Shown: one piece after another, positions 44,863 through 54,427 of the stretch
Position numbering within the stretch: position 1 is the first letter of the stretch
How the letters are laid out: the number at the start of each line of letters is the position of its first letter
DNA from: a virus
Taxonomy: Duplodnaviria; Heunggongvirae; Uroviricota; Caudoviricetes
IMG/VR virus record: IMGVR_UViG_3300038530_001701
Direction: 5' to 3' (one strand)
Length of the DNA stretch: 64,000 bases
Notes under the pieces: model-generated
What the model was told of the DNA's origin: nothing
Seen by the model: only the letters and a program-made list of their open reading frames with translations
Database searches by the model: none
Program-made: the position numbers and the translations under genes

Positions 44863-45509
44863 GTAAAGCTATTTTTGACGGTTTGAATCAGGAAATTACA
44901 GTTGGTGATGTTGTCGCTATGGCTAATGGTAGTTACGTCAGGCAGGAGTTTGGCATTGTAACTAAACTTGGCAACAAGAATAATGCAAGGGTTGCTAGTG
45001 TCTTCAACTATAGCTGTGAAGGTGGCACCTATATTGATGCTTCTGGTCTTGTAGTTATTACTAACTTGGTTGATAAACTCCCTCAAGAAAAGCTTGACAA
45101 AATCAGGGAATTTAAATCTAAGGTTGTCCTTGATTATACTCGACCAAAGACTAGTAATGCACCTAAGTTTTGTGTTAAGATTAGCCCTAATCTTGGTCGT
45201 GGTTGGGTAATTAGTTTTCAAGATCAGCAGGAATTGAGGGACAAAGCAGCGGCTATTGAAGAAATCATTGGTGGTCGCTTTGAAGATCGAGCAGGATATG
45301 TCCACAGAGACTCACGTAGTCACTTCTATCGTAAAGAGGGAGACCCTGCATTCATGCTGCAAAGGTATATGGGAAGAAAAGCAGAGTATGAATTGAGTAT
45401 GAAATCTGTTAAGATGCTTGGACTTGATGGGTTGATTGACGACGACAACGGATTTGAGTTTGTGAACGGAGAGAACCCCGAACTAGCACCTATTGACAAA
45501 TATTGGTAG
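44859..45509 (+). CDS. hypothetical protein
   Basis: Probable start MSKAIF at 44859 (ATGA coupling); 216 aa. Confidence 0.45.
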   Translation: MSKAIFDGLNQEITVGDVVAMANGSYVRQEFGIVTKLGNKNNARVASVFNYSCEGGTYIDASGLVVITNLVDKLPQEKLDKIREFKSKVVLDYTRPKTSNAPKFCVKISPNLGRGWVISFQDQQELRDKAAAIEEIIGGRFEDRAGYVHRDSRSHFYRKEGDPAFMLQRYMGRKAEYELSMKSVKMLGLDGLIDDDNGFEFVNGENPELAPIDKYW

Positions 45510-45739
45510 AGGTAGTCATGGCAAAACCAACAAATGAAAGTCAGGTAAAACGTGAACTTCGTACTCCTAAGTATCGTAGTCGTGTTGAGACTGATGAGAA
45601 AAAGGAATCAAAAATCCGTGGCATGGAAGTCACTGAGGTTTTTGTCGATGAAGAAATTAATCTTAACGAAGAACTGGCACTGTGCGATCATGGTTATCTC
45701 GCAGGTTGTCCATTCTGTAGGAGGAAAATTGGAAACTAA
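45503..45739 (+). CDS. small zinc-ribbon protein
   Basis: 78 aa; CDHG..CPFC. Confidence 0.4.
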   Translation: MVEVVMAKPTNESQVKRELRTPKYRSRVETDEKKESKIRGMEVTEVFVDEEINLNEELALCDHGYLAGCPFCRRKIGN

Positions 45740-46000
45740 AAGCAAGGTAACAAAAGTGATTTCAAATCAAAGAGTTGTCTTCTTTGAGTTGAATAACAAC
45801 CCTAAAAAACTTTTTGGATTTGGTAATCAACAAGTTGCAATGGTTGGTGGGATAAGTTATGTTATTGTACAACTTGAGTCGAAAACACTTTCAGCTAATG
45901 AGCGTGTATTTACAGCTTTAAGTGAAGACTATGCTAGGCAAATCTATACAGATTTGAAAGATTACACCCAACACTATGTTACAAAATAAGGGGAGGGAAT

Positions 46001-46237
46001 ATGTCAGAAATGATTGAAGTTGATGTTATAAACATCGATAATCCAGAAGTAGGTTTTAACGGTAAGGTCAAGAAGTCTGGCTTTATCAGTAAGGTTGAGA
46101 ACAGAAGTCCAATTGTTCTTCACATGATGTTTGGTAATCAAATGATTGTGACTTCAGAAATGCAAAACAAATTTACTTTCATTATTCTTGGTCAAGAAGA
46201 GATTAAGAAACGCAAGGAAGTTGAGGCACAACAGTAA
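46001..46237 (+). CDS. hypothetical protein
   Basis: 78-aa ORF with RBS ggggagg. Confidence 0.4.
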   Translation: MSEMIEVDVINIDNPEVGFNGKVKKSGFISKVENRSPIVLHMMFGNQMIVTSEMQNKFTFIILGQEEIKKRKEVEAQQ

Positions 46238-47496
46238 TGGATTTACAACAGGAAGCAATACGTCGAATCAATGGCGGTGAGAGTATCTTCCTGACTGGCT
46301 CTGGTGGTGTTGGTAAAAGTTGGGTGATTGATCAGGTAAATGATGAAAACACACTTCTATGCGCCCCTAGTGGTATTGCTGCTTTAAATATCGGCGGTAT
46401 CACTTGTCACAGAGCTTTTGCATTGCCTTTAGGAATTCCAACAGACGAGGATTTCTATAAAATTCCAAGATATATGTGGGATACCTTTTCAGGTAACGCT
46501 GTAAAGCGTATAATCATTGATGAAGTTGGTATGCTCCGAACAGATTACTTCGTGCTAATTAGCCGGAGATTGCAGAGGATCAGGGGAAATGACCTACCTT
46601 TCGGGGGAATTCAAGTAGTTCTTGTTGGTGACTTCTACCAGCTTGAGCCTATTCTTAAGCACAGTGAGCAGGAATACTTTGACTTTGCATCTAAATTCTG
46701 TTTCGGTAGTAAGCTATGGGATTTCCCAACAATTGAATTAACTGATGTTAAAAGGCAATCAAATAAACGTCAGGTATTGATGCTTAACTCAATCCGTAGG
46801 AAAGATAAACATTATAAGAAGGCTCTTGAATATATCCAAAAGGAATGTAAACCTTACGAGCCTGATGATAATACACTTCACCTATGTTGTTATAATAAAG
46901 ACGCTGATTATATCAATCAGTTATATTACAGCAAGATGGAAGGCGAAGAACGCTGTTTCTATGCAAAGATACCGCCTAATTGGGGTAAGGAAAGACCTGT
47001 AGATGAGGTTGTAAGGCTGAAGGTAGGGACTAGGGTTCTTATCGCTCAGAATTGCCCTCAAGGCACCTACGTAAACGGCGATAGGGGTGTTGTGGTAGGT
47101 TTCAGAACACTTCCTGATGGTAATGAGGCAGTAGAGGTAGAGAAAGACGACGAAACAATCTGTTACGTTGTTGAAGGTACATGGGAGAAGTATTCTTACA
47201 GCAAAGTCAAGGATATATGGAATCCAGACGCTAAGGAAAAGCTTGTCAAGGCTGTAGACTCTCGATACATACAAATGCCAATCAAATTAGGTTGGGCTGT
47301 CTCTGTACATAAGTCACAGGGAATGACGTTGGATGATGTAGCCATTGATGTAGGTTCTGGTTGTTTTTCACATGGTCAGGCATACGTAGCTCTTAGCAGA
47401 ATCAAGGACTTACGTAATCTTTCCTTTGTGAAGCCTATGCTTCCAGAGGATATCATCGTTAACAATGAAGTGAAAAAATTCTACGGGGATGCTTGA
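46237..47496 (+). CDS. SF1 DNA helicase, PIF1/RecD/Dda-like
   Basis: 419 aa; Walker A LTGSGGVGKSW; motif II IIDEVGM; C-terminal VSVHKSQGMTLDDV and AYVALSR typical of RecD/PIF1 family. Confidence 0.75.
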   Translation: MDLQQEAIRRINGGESIFLTGSGGVGKSWVIDQVNDENTLLCAPSGIAALNIGGITCHRAFALPLGIPTDEDFYKIPRYMWDTFSGNAVKRIIIDEVGMLRTDYFVLISRRLQRIRGNDLPFGGIQVVLVGDFYQLEPILKHSEQEYFDFASKFCFGSKLWDFPTIELTDVKRQSNKRQVLMLNSIRRKDKHYKKALEYIQKECKPYEPDDNTLHLCCYNKDADYINQLYYSKMEGEERCFYAKIPPNWGKERPVDEVVRLKVGTRVLIAQNCPQGTYVNGDRGVVVGFRTLPDGNEAVEVEKDDETICYVVEGTWEKYSYSKVKDIWNPDAKEKLVKAVDSRYIQMPIKLGWAVSVHKSQGMTLDDVAIDVGSGCFSHGQAYVALSRIKDLRNLSFVKPMLPEDIIVNNEVKKFYGDA

Positions 47497-47521
47497 CAGC
47501 GTTCCCGTATTTTTATATGAT
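47493..47521 (+). promoter_or_regulatory. sigma70-like promoter
   Basis: TTGACA-17 nt-TATGAT upstream of 47545. Confidence 0.55.
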
Positions 47522-47544
47522 ACTTCAAAAGTTAAGGAGTTAAT

Positions 47545-47769
47545 ATGAAACTGACACCAGAACAAGCCTACAAACTTTCAAAGCTTTGTAAGAAATACTA
47601 CAAAGCTGTCTACAAATACAGTGACCACTTGGACGATGAATACTTTCAAGACTGTGATGAGGCATGGGAAGAAGAAGCTTATGATCTTGAACAGAAGAAG
47701 TTAAAAGCTCAGGAAAAACTTGAAAAACACTTGGATAAATTGATTGACACAAGACAGGTAAAGCTTTAG
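47545..47769 (+). CDS. hypothetical protein
   Basis: 74-aa ORF, RBS aaggag. Confidence 0.4.
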   Translation: MKLTPEQAYKLSKLCKKYYKAVYKYSDHLDDEYFQDCDEAWEEEAYDLEQKKLKAQEKLEKHLDKLIDTRQVKL

Positions 47770-47804
47770 TATACTTCCAACGTCAACGAAGAAAGGAGAA
47801 CACT

Positions 47805-48002
47805 ATGTTCCAGAGTTCAGAAGATATCTACCGAGGTTACAACAAAATCACTGAGACTGAGTTTGTAATGACTCGGGGCTACCACAAGGGGCCTGATGGG
47901 GATGCACTTCAAGGTCAGTGGTGTGTATATGACCTAAATACTGGAGAACTTCTTGACAATTCTCCCTTCCGTCATGATCTGATTGCCAACTGGTTTGTAT
48001 AA
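47805..48002 (+). CDS. hypothetical protein
   Basis: 65-aa ORF, RBS aaggag. Confidence 0.4.
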   Translation: MFQSSEDIYRGYNKITETEFVMTRGYHKGPDGDALQGQWCVYDLNTGELLDNSPFRHDLIANWFV

Positions 48003-48012
48003 GGAGAATACG

Positions 48013-48228
48013 ATGAAACAGCCAGCTATCTTTTCCAACATGAATGCTGTTGAATGTCAGTCCCTGATCTTTCAACTGGAAGACGAGCTAGAAATGCTTG
48101 AAATCCACTACAAGAATGCTGTAAACTATGGAGCAACACTTGTAGCAGAGCAATTGAATGAAGAAATTGCTGAAATGAGGGGTTGGATTAAAGAAGCTGA
48201 AGAACATCGTGATAAGAAGGGGGTTTGA
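48013..48228 (+). CDS. hypothetical protein
   Basis: Probable start MKQPAIF at 48013 (RBS aaggag); 71 aa. Confidence 0.4.
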   Translation: MKQPAIFSNMNAVECQSLIFQLEDELEMLEIHYKNAVNYGATLVAEQLNEEIAEMRGWIKEAEEHRDKKGV

Positions 48229-48245
48229 AATGAATTACTGGTATC

Positions 48246-48275
48246 TTGACACATCGATCACTATTCTGGTAATGT
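48246..48275 (+). promoter_or_regulatory. sigma70-like promoter
   Basis: TTGACA-18 nt-TAATGT upstream of 48325. Confidence 0.5.
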
Positions 48276-48324
48276 TTCGATTGAACGTAAACGAATTTGA
48301 AGCAATTATGTAGGGAGTTTGATT

Positions 48325-48714
48325 ATGCGAACTGAGACAACTGTTAAGTACATTACAAATGATGGTCGAGAGTTTACTGACGAAACTTTGGCAAAAGAGC
48401 ATGAAAATGCTATATTGCATAAAGTCAGGGCGTTCAAGGTTAGGCACCGGCCTGATCTGACGGAAGGTAGGGGTATGCAGGCAGAATCCTACATTTTAGT
48501 TCATGCTAATGGTATGCATGGTATGTTTGCAGAACACGAATGCTATAAAAGATTCGGAAATAAGGTTGAATTTTGTATGGGTGTTTACGGCAGTAATGCT
48601 ATTGTGTATAATTGGGTTCTACTAGAGCTTGAAAATGCGTCTGACATACCTGAGAGTAAAATGGATAGTGTTATTAAACTAGAGGAAAGGTTTGTAAAGA
48701 AACTTTGGGAATAG
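48325..48714 (+). CDS. hypothetical protein
   Basis: Probable start MRTETT; 129 aa. Confidence 0.4.
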   Translation: MRTETTVKYITNDGREFTDETLAKEHENAILHKVRAFKVRHRPDLTEGRGMQAESYILVHANGMHGMFAEHECYKRFGNKVEFCMGVYGSNAIVYNWVLLELENASDIPESKMDSVIKLEERFVKKLWE

Positions 48715-48717
48715 GTG

Positions 48718-48746
48718 TTGACAAAGCACAGGGAAGTGCGTAGAAT
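48718..48746 (+). promoter_or_regulatory. sigma70-like promoter
   Basis: TTGACA-17 nt-TAGAAT upstream of 48781. Confidence 0.55.
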
Positions 48747-48780
48747 CCTTCATATAGTCAAAGATTAAGAGGAGCATCTT

Positions 48781-48987
48781 ATGAGTATCATTCAAATCCG
48801 TGACCTGAACACTGGCAAACTTCTGAGAAGTCAACAGATCAGTGATGATGCTGGAATTTACCAAAAAGAGTGCTTAGCAGAAAAACTGGCAGACTCTACA
48901 GAGTGTCATGATGAGTTCATCTATGCTGTGGAAGTGGTGAATGGTGTTGCCAAAAACAAATGGTCTGTGTATGGAGGTATTCTATGA
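48781..48987 (+). CDS. hypothetical protein
   Basis: 68-aa ORF, RBS agaggag. Confidence 0.4.
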   Translation: MSIIQIRDLNTGKLLRSQQISDDAGIYQKECLAEKLADSTECHDEFIYAVEVVNGVAKNKWSVYGGIL

Positions 48988-49132
48988 ATTATATGGTTTA
49001 TTCTACTCGCGGTAACATGATTGTCTTTACTATCGAAATGCAAGCCAGTTGTGTCTCTGGTACTGACTTTAAAGCTAATCTTGCCGACATTATCGAGCAT
49101 TACGAGGTTTTTCAAATCGAGAGGATTGACTG

Positions 49133-49372
49133 ATGTTTACACCAGACGAATCTAACCTAACACCATACCAGAAGGCTCAGAATGCTCTAGAGTACGAGAT
49201 TGGGCGTAATGGTTTGGAATACGTTGACAATGTTCGTATCGCCAGAGAAGGCGATGAGGCTGCTTGGAAGCAATACCACAGACAAATCGAACAAGGTTGT
49301 TGTGGATTTTTCGACACAACTGTTGTAATCGATGGCGTGAAGTGGTATATTGGTTGCAATCACGGACACTAA
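49133..49372 (+). CDS. hypothetical protein
   Basis: 79-aa ORF; CCGFF..C..H. Confidence 0.4.
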   Translation: MFTPDESNLTPYQKAQNALEYEIGRNGLEYVDNVRIAREGDEAAWKQYHRQIEQGCCGFFDTTVVIDGVKWYIGCNHGH

Positions 49373-49381
49373 GGAGGTCTT

Positions 49382-49675
49382 ATGTTTGATTGTAATGGTA
49401 AACCACTTGAGGTTGGTGATAAGATCATCATGGTTAAAGCACACAAACCGTTTAACAGAAAGTATAACGGAACCTTAACAAAGGTCGTAGATATCGTAGA
49501 CTACTTTAGTGAGTTAGCTATAGTGACTGATATTCCAAACCCTAGAGGGTTAGGTTTTAGTACTTTTATTTGTCATGGAGACCAAGTAAAAAAGGTTGAC
49601 AATGGCTCTGATACCCGTATAATGTCATTCCATGAACTGATGAATAACTTGAAAAAACAACCAGCGGAGGTTTAA
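49382..49675 (+). CDS. hypothetical protein
   Basis: 97-aa ORF, RBS aaggagg. Confidence 0.4.
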   Translation: MFDCNGKPLEVGDKIIMVKAHKPFNRKYNGTLTKVVDIVDYFSELAIVTDIPNPRGLGFSTFICHGDQVKKVDNGSDTRIMSFHELMNNLKKQPAEV

Positions 49676-49676
49676 T

Positions 49677-49907
49677 ATGAAAATCACAGCAGAAAACATT
49701 ATGTCAAATCTTAACAGCGGTGATTCGGTTATTATCAATGGCAACGGGCCTTTTAAGGTTACCTATTGTTACTGGCACGACGATCGCAACGCAATGTTCT
49801 CAGATACCCCTGACTTGGGTTTCTATATCGACTCCGATTTTGAAGCAGGGTTGATCTCTAACACTGAAGTACGTGAGAATCTGTTCAACATTGAAAAGGT
49901 GGATTAA
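49677..49907 (+). CDS. hypothetical protein
   Basis: 76-aa ORF, coupled. Confidence 0.4.
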   Translation: MKITAENIMSNLNSGDSVIINGNGPFKVTYCYWHDDRNAMFSDTPDLGFYIDSDFEAGLISNTEVRENLFNIEKVD

Positions 49908-49909
49908 TT

Positions 49910-50140
49910 ATGGCACAAGTAGAAAAGATTTATCAAAGTGTAGACGGTCTGACTTACTTCTACATCAATAACCGTTACATCCCAATCCCAACCTGTGCGG
50001 TTGATAATAAGGGCGGTGCCTTTTTCATCAAACAGATTGAGGAAAAACACCACGTACTGTTGGAATCTACAGAATCTAACACCGGAGGATTCTTCGATAA
50101 CCTGACTGACGTTACCAACAGATACATCATGACAATTTAA
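49910..50140 (+). CDS. hypothetical protein
   Basis: 76-aa ORF, coupled. Confidence 0.4.
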   Translation: MAQVEKIYQSVDGLTYFYINNRYIPIPTCAVDNKGGAFFIKQIEEKHHVLLESTESNTGGFFDNLTDVTNRYIMTI

Positions 50141-50151
50141 TCAATTGTAAG

Positions 50152-50181
50152 GCTCTCAGATAACTTCTGGGAGCTTTTCTC
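50152..50181 (+). terminator. rho-independent terminator
   Basis: gctctc-agataacttct-gggagc + ttttctc. Confidence 0.5.
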
Positions 50182-50248
50182 TACCTAACTGGTAGGGTAA
50201 CCTACCTAACAATTTAAAAGCCTTGTAGGGCTTCTAAGGAGGTTTAAA

Positions 50249-50689
50249 ATGGCATTAGCATTCGCAATCTACATGATCGGAATTCTTCACTCAATCGATA
50301 GCGGTGGTTGGGTATTTGCCCTACTTATTGGTATGTTTATCTATACTGGAATTAAGGTAGGTATCAAACACGATGAGTTACATTCAAGGGATGCTACTAG
50401 TAAACAAGAAGATGAAAGGGATTTCTATACCTATTCTGGTAAGTGTGTAACTAACTTTGCTATTGTATTTACATGTGCTATTGCAGCAACATGGTTAGCA
50501 CCAGACAAAGAAACATCTTATACAATGTTAGCAGCCTATGGCCTGTCAGAAGCCTACGAATTCGCTTCAGAGAATGAAGACGTTCAACGTATCGCAACAA
50601 AGAGTCTCAAATTAATCGAAAAACATATTGACGAGTACACAGAGAATATGGATAATGAAACTCAAGATACACAAACAGAAGGAGAGTAA
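50249..50689 (+). CDS. membrane protein
   Basis: 146 aa, 3 hydrophobic helices, acidic C-terminus; RBS aaggagg. Confidence 0.45.
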   Translation: MALAFAIYMIGILHSIDSGGWVFALLIGMFIYTGIKVGIKHDELHSRDATSKQEDERDFYTYSGKCVTNFAIVFTCAIAATWLAPDKETSYTMLAAYGLSEAYEFASENEDVQRIATKSLKLIEKHIDEYTENMDNETQDTQTEGE

Positions 50690-50691
50690 CT

Positions 50692-51237
50692 ATGAGCATA
50701 AATAAAATGACAGCAGACCAAAAGATGAATCTTCTACTTCTTAAAGACTTCATCAAGTCAATTGACCCTATTAATTTCGATATGGGTACATACTGTGAAG
50801 TAGAGTCAGACAATGAAATTGTTATGGAAACCCTAGGTGATTATGTAACTGAAGACGATGCATCTTATGGTGGTAGTCTTCAACTTACACCATTCTTACT
50901 ACAGAAATTACAGGAAAAGACTAACCCTCATACCTGTGGTAGTCATATGTGTCTTATGGGATGGTCTTACAGTGTACCAGAACTACAAAAGAAACTATCT
51001 AAAGACCGTTATAGATCATGGTCTGATGTGAGTGAAGAACTATTCGGAACACATGATAGTGATGGTGTAGGAGTAGGTAAATATCTATTCGGAGTAGATT
51101 GGGAAGCTGGTATAACCCCTGAAGGTAACTCTACCAATACAATTGAACATGCTCTATACCGTATTGACAGAGTATTAGCAGCAGTAACAGATGAAGACTA
51201 TAAGGCTCTTAGACAAGAGTATACAGACCTAACATAA
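50692..51237 (+). CDS. hypothetical protein
   Basis: 181-aa ORF, ATGA coupling. Confidence 0.45.
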   Translation: MSINKMTADQKMNLLLLKDFIKSIDPINFDMGTYCEVESDNEIVMETLGDYVTEDDASYGGSLQLTPFLLQKLQEKTNPHTCGSHMCLMGWSYSVPELQKKLSKDRYRSWSDVSEELFGTHDSDGVGVGKYLFGVDWEAGITPEGNSTNTIEHALYRIDRVLAAVTDEDYKALRQEYTDLT

Positions 51238-51254
51238 CAACCAAGTAAACCATA

Positions 51255-51290
51255 AAGCCTATAGGAGAAATCTTATAGGCTTATTTTATG
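51255..51290 (+). terminator. rho-independent terminator
   Basis: aagcctata-ggagaaatct-tataggctt + attttatg. Confidence 0.55.
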
Positions 51291-52760
51291 TATACTGACA
51301 ATATAATGACAGTATACAAACAGATTATTAAAGGTATAGTGACAGTATATTGACAATAATCTATGGCGAGGAATTAGAATAAGTTATTAAATAAACTATT
51401 CAATAAAGGATACCGGAGGAAGACGAAGGAGGTATCCAAGAAAGGGAAACTAATAGGAACCTAACAGTATACAAACAATATACTAACAATAATTCTACAG
51501 ATTATTATATAGTATATATGGTTAGTATGTAATACTATTATATAGGGTATTATTCCTGCGGAGCGTATAATTTATTTTAACATGGAAATTCCAGTTTGTC
51601 AATAGCCAAACTTCATTTCTTTTCTAATTTCCTTCGGAAATGTAGAAATTCTCTGCTTAATAATAACAGGGCAACGTGTAAGGCATAACAGGGCAGAAGA
51701 AAAAGGTCGGCAGGCTTTACTTTAAGGGCGGCAGGGGCTTCTGTGAGGCTGTCTGAGAAGACTTGGACTTTGGCTAGAGGCATTGTACCAGTTGAGATAG
51801 AGCATCATTGTAGGGCTTCTGAGAGCGTCCTAAAGCTATAGTAGAAAATGATCTAAAAAGTAGGCTATAATGCTCCCCGCGACATATATACATCTGATAG
51901 TCTATTTTTAGGGTGAATAACACTCGTATCTGTCATAATCTGTATGAATACACTCAAGAATGTTTATTTGTTAGGCTCGGCAATTTCCATGCCAAGGTCT
52001 CGACAGATTTTCACATATAATTTCTAGGTCTCGATAGATTTTTACAAGGTCTCGACAGATTTTCACATAGAGGGAGAGATTTTTGTGGAGAGATTACCAG
52101 ATAGGATAAGATATGCGGAGAATACTTCTTTAGTAAATCACTGGGTTTTTATACAGTACTATAGATAGCAACCTAATAGGTCAGCAATGCATCTAAATTT
52201 TCATTCAGGCAGGAGCGGTGATTGTCTCGTCCGTCGAAACAGACCACTCCCTAGAAGTCAAGTGTTTTATTTAAAATTCCTCAATAAGATTACCTCTCTA
52301 ATCTTTGACTATGCACATAGAATAGCACAACCAGAATTAATGTCAATTGTTTTTCGCTATACTGAATAGAAAATCGATAGTTATTTTTGTATTGACTCAT
52401 AGCTTGTCAATAGTGTAAAATTCCGAGGGTGGGTAAGGGGTTACCCTGAAATTTCTATATGCAAATCTAAATGAGAATAGTTATCAGAACTATTAGCAAT
52501 GGCTTATCGTTCGCATTACCTAACAATCGCGCAGGTTCGGTGTTTATCTCCTACCTTGTGTTTCGCAGCCTGTACAAACAATTATACAGACTTCAAAGAT
52601 AAATACAAGAGGTTGCAATAAAAATTTTTATGTGTTACTCGCGCCTGTGTACGCGATTAGAAGGAAGCGAGAAAAATAATTGAAAATAATGCTTGCAATG
52701 ATGTTTGTGTGTGCTAATATGTAATCACAGTCAAGGGCAACGCAGCCCATAGCCAAAAAG
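51291..52760. repeat. ~1.5-kb non-coding AT-rich region with iterated motifs (CTAACAGTATACAAACA x2, GACAGTATA variants, TATAT-rich tracts, three tandem GGTCTCGA(C/T)AGATTTTCAC copies at 51996-52069); candidate replication origin / genome terminus
   Basis: No ORF of 60 aa or more on either strand except dubious 52187..52369; direct repeats read from sequence. Confidence 0.5.
52693..52720 (+). promoter_or_regulatory. sigma70-like promoter with conserved leader (paralogous to 54126)
   Basis: TTGCAA-16 nt-TAATAT; leader ...caaaaaggtgctaGATATG shared with gene at 54200. Confidence 0.5.
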
Positions 52761-52769
52761 GTGCTAGAT

Positions 52770-52982
52770 ATGAAATATGCAGGCGACAAAAAATCATTCG
52801 TTATCCCCAAACAAGCTTTCCAAAAATTTCGCCGTGATTTAATTGCTCAGGGTGTGCCAGTGAAACCGACTGTTGACGGTAACGGATATGAGGCAAAAAC
52901 AAAGAATGATCTGTTAGTATTGAAAGCAATGCGCGGCAATGCTGGCTATCTGGTAACGATTGTAAAGGATTTACTTAAATAA
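52770..52982 (+). CDS. hypothetical protein
   Basis: ATG 52770 with AAGGTG RBS (listed ORF begins at upstream GTG 52761); 70 aa. Confidence 0.4.
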   Translation: MKYAGDKKSFVIPKQAFQKFRRDLIAQGVPVKPTVDGNGYEAKTKNDLLVLKAMRGNAGYLVTIVKDLLK

Positions 52983-52986
52983 AGTG

Positions 52987-53015
52987 TTGACATGGCCCAC
53001 GGAAGGGCCTACACT
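52987..53015 (+). promoter_or_regulatory. sigma70-like promoter
   Basis: TTGACA-17 nt-TACACT; followed by leader motif ccacagtcaaagagaaaagggcaacgcc also seen at 52726. Confidence 0.5.
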
Positions 53016-53047
53016 GTAACCACAGTCAAAGAGAAAAGGGCAACGCC

Positions 53048-53197
53048 ATGAAATCCGAATTCTCAGCAAACCAGATTTTCGCTCTTGAAGCTCAAAAGGA
53101 AGAAGTAGAAGCAAAAATCAGAAATCATGTTGGAATTGTTCCCGCATCATGGTATGATGAATTGGACGCAATCGAAATTAAACTTGTAAAGGTGTAA
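53048..53197 (+). CDS. hypothetical small protein (49 aa, below ORF-track cutoff)
   Basis: ATG at 53048 directly after shared leader motif; MKSEFSANQIFALEAQKEEVEAKIRNHVGIVPASWYDELDAIEIKLVKV. Confidence 0.35.
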   Translation: MKSEFSANQIFALEAQKEEVEAKIRNHVGIVPASWYDELDAIEIKLVKV

Positions 53198-53436
53198 TGA
53201 GAATGATTACCACAACAAGCTTGACTCATCCCACAGTAGCCAACAAGCTCCGCGTTGCATGCTTCAATGTATTGCGTAAAGGCTACAGCGTTGACCACGT
53301 TAGAAACAGTCAGGGAAGGGCCTATATCGCTGTAAGAAAGGATCGCGGTTTTCTAGTATTCACAGACCGCGACAATAACGAAATTACCAGAAAGGTAGCA
53401 AAAACACTTAAACGTAATAAGGTGAAGTTCTCATGA
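53197..53436 (+). CDS. hypothetical protein
   Basis: 79-aa ORF overlapping previous stop. Confidence 0.4.
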   Translation: MRMITTTSLTHPTVANKLRVACFNVLRKGYSVDHVRNSQGRAYIAVRKDRGFLVFTDRDNNEITRKVAKTLKRNKVKFS

Positions 53437-53801
53437 TCATATATTACTCTAGCCGTAGCAAGGCGCGTTCCAATAGAGGCAACAAGGGTACAGTAGTTGA
53501 TTGCAAATCAAATCCAAGTGTTAATGGTTCTCGTTGGGGAGTAAAAACCAAATGAAAAACAATCTCAATAAGCAAGAGAAGAAACAGCATAAAGAATTCC
53601 GTAAGTCAAGAAAAAATTCACGCGGTAAACAATGGAGTCCAGCGGCATGATGAGATCAATTCGCATTACCAAACGACTCATCCGAGCTAACATAAATAAA
53701 GCTGAAGGTCAACAAAAAGTTCACTGGCAAGAAAAATGGAACGACCTAGCAGAATTTGAAAGGGAAAGCAAGACAGACAGATAATAAAATAAATATTGAA
53801 G

Positions 53802-53827
53802 GGGCCTTGACTGGCCCTTTCTTTTTG
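53802..53827 (+). terminator. rho-independent terminator
   Basis: gggcc-ttgact-ggccc + tttctttttg. Confidence 0.55.
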
Positions 53828-54125
53828 TGTAGTCTATAAGTGTAGGCTGCGAAAAACGAAGCAGGAGACAAACACCACACCTGCATGAAATTTGACCAAC
53901 AAGCAACTATCGTGCCATGTGCATTATGCAACTAAATTTCTTCAATGTTTTCAGTTACTTACACAGAACGAATTTTAGAGGCATACCCTAGGCCCTAGTA
54001 TTGATCAGACCTAAAAGCTTATACAGGCGTTCTCAGAGCCTTCTAGAAGCATGATAAATATACAGTGTATAAGTTACTGAAAATAAACGAGAAAAATAAT
54101 TCAAAATTTTTTTTTTAAAAATCGC

Positions 54126-54153
54126 TTGCATACTCTGACCAGTTTGCTATTAT
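54126..54153 (+). promoter_or_regulatory. sigma70-like promoter with conserved leader (paralogous to 52693)
   Basis: TTGCAT-16 nt-TATTAT; upstream gagaaaaataattcaaaat matches gagaaaaataattgaaaat at 52672. Confidence 0.5.
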
Positions 54154-54199
54154 GAACCCATCGAAAGGCAATCAAGCCAACCACGAAAAAGGTGCTAAA

Positions 54200-54427
54200 A
54201 TGACAGATTCAAATATGATTATCCGCGTTTCTGGTATCAATGTTGAAAATGACTTGACTTTCTATTCAATCCTTTCTGATCACGGTTTTAGTGGTAGCGG
54301 CTCTTTTGTCGAGTCTACTGTGTGGGAAGATGCAGATAACAACAATTGCCCTCATGCGCGCGCATTGATTGCCGCACTTGTTATTGAAGGATTCGATGTT
54401 AAAGTCGAGCCTTTTAATTTCAATTAA
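54200..54427 (+). CDS. hypothetical protein
   Basis: ATG 54200 with AAGGTG RBS (inside listed ORF 54152..54427); 75 aa. Confidence 0.4.
   Translation: MTDSNMIIRVSGINVENDLTFYSILSDHGFSGSGSFVESTVWEDADNNNCPHARALIAALVIEGFDVKVEPFNFN

Noticed and set aside
45552-45989. 145-aa ORF overlapping the 78-aa zinc-ribbon gene in another frame
   Set aside because: Its 5' third overlaps a better-supported gene. A shorter version starting near 45690 may be real, but the start cannot be fixed, so it is not listed as a feature.
52187-52369. 60-aa ORF in the long non-coding region
   Set aside because: No RBS, Arg-rich low-complexity translation, and it lies in repeat-rich DNA.
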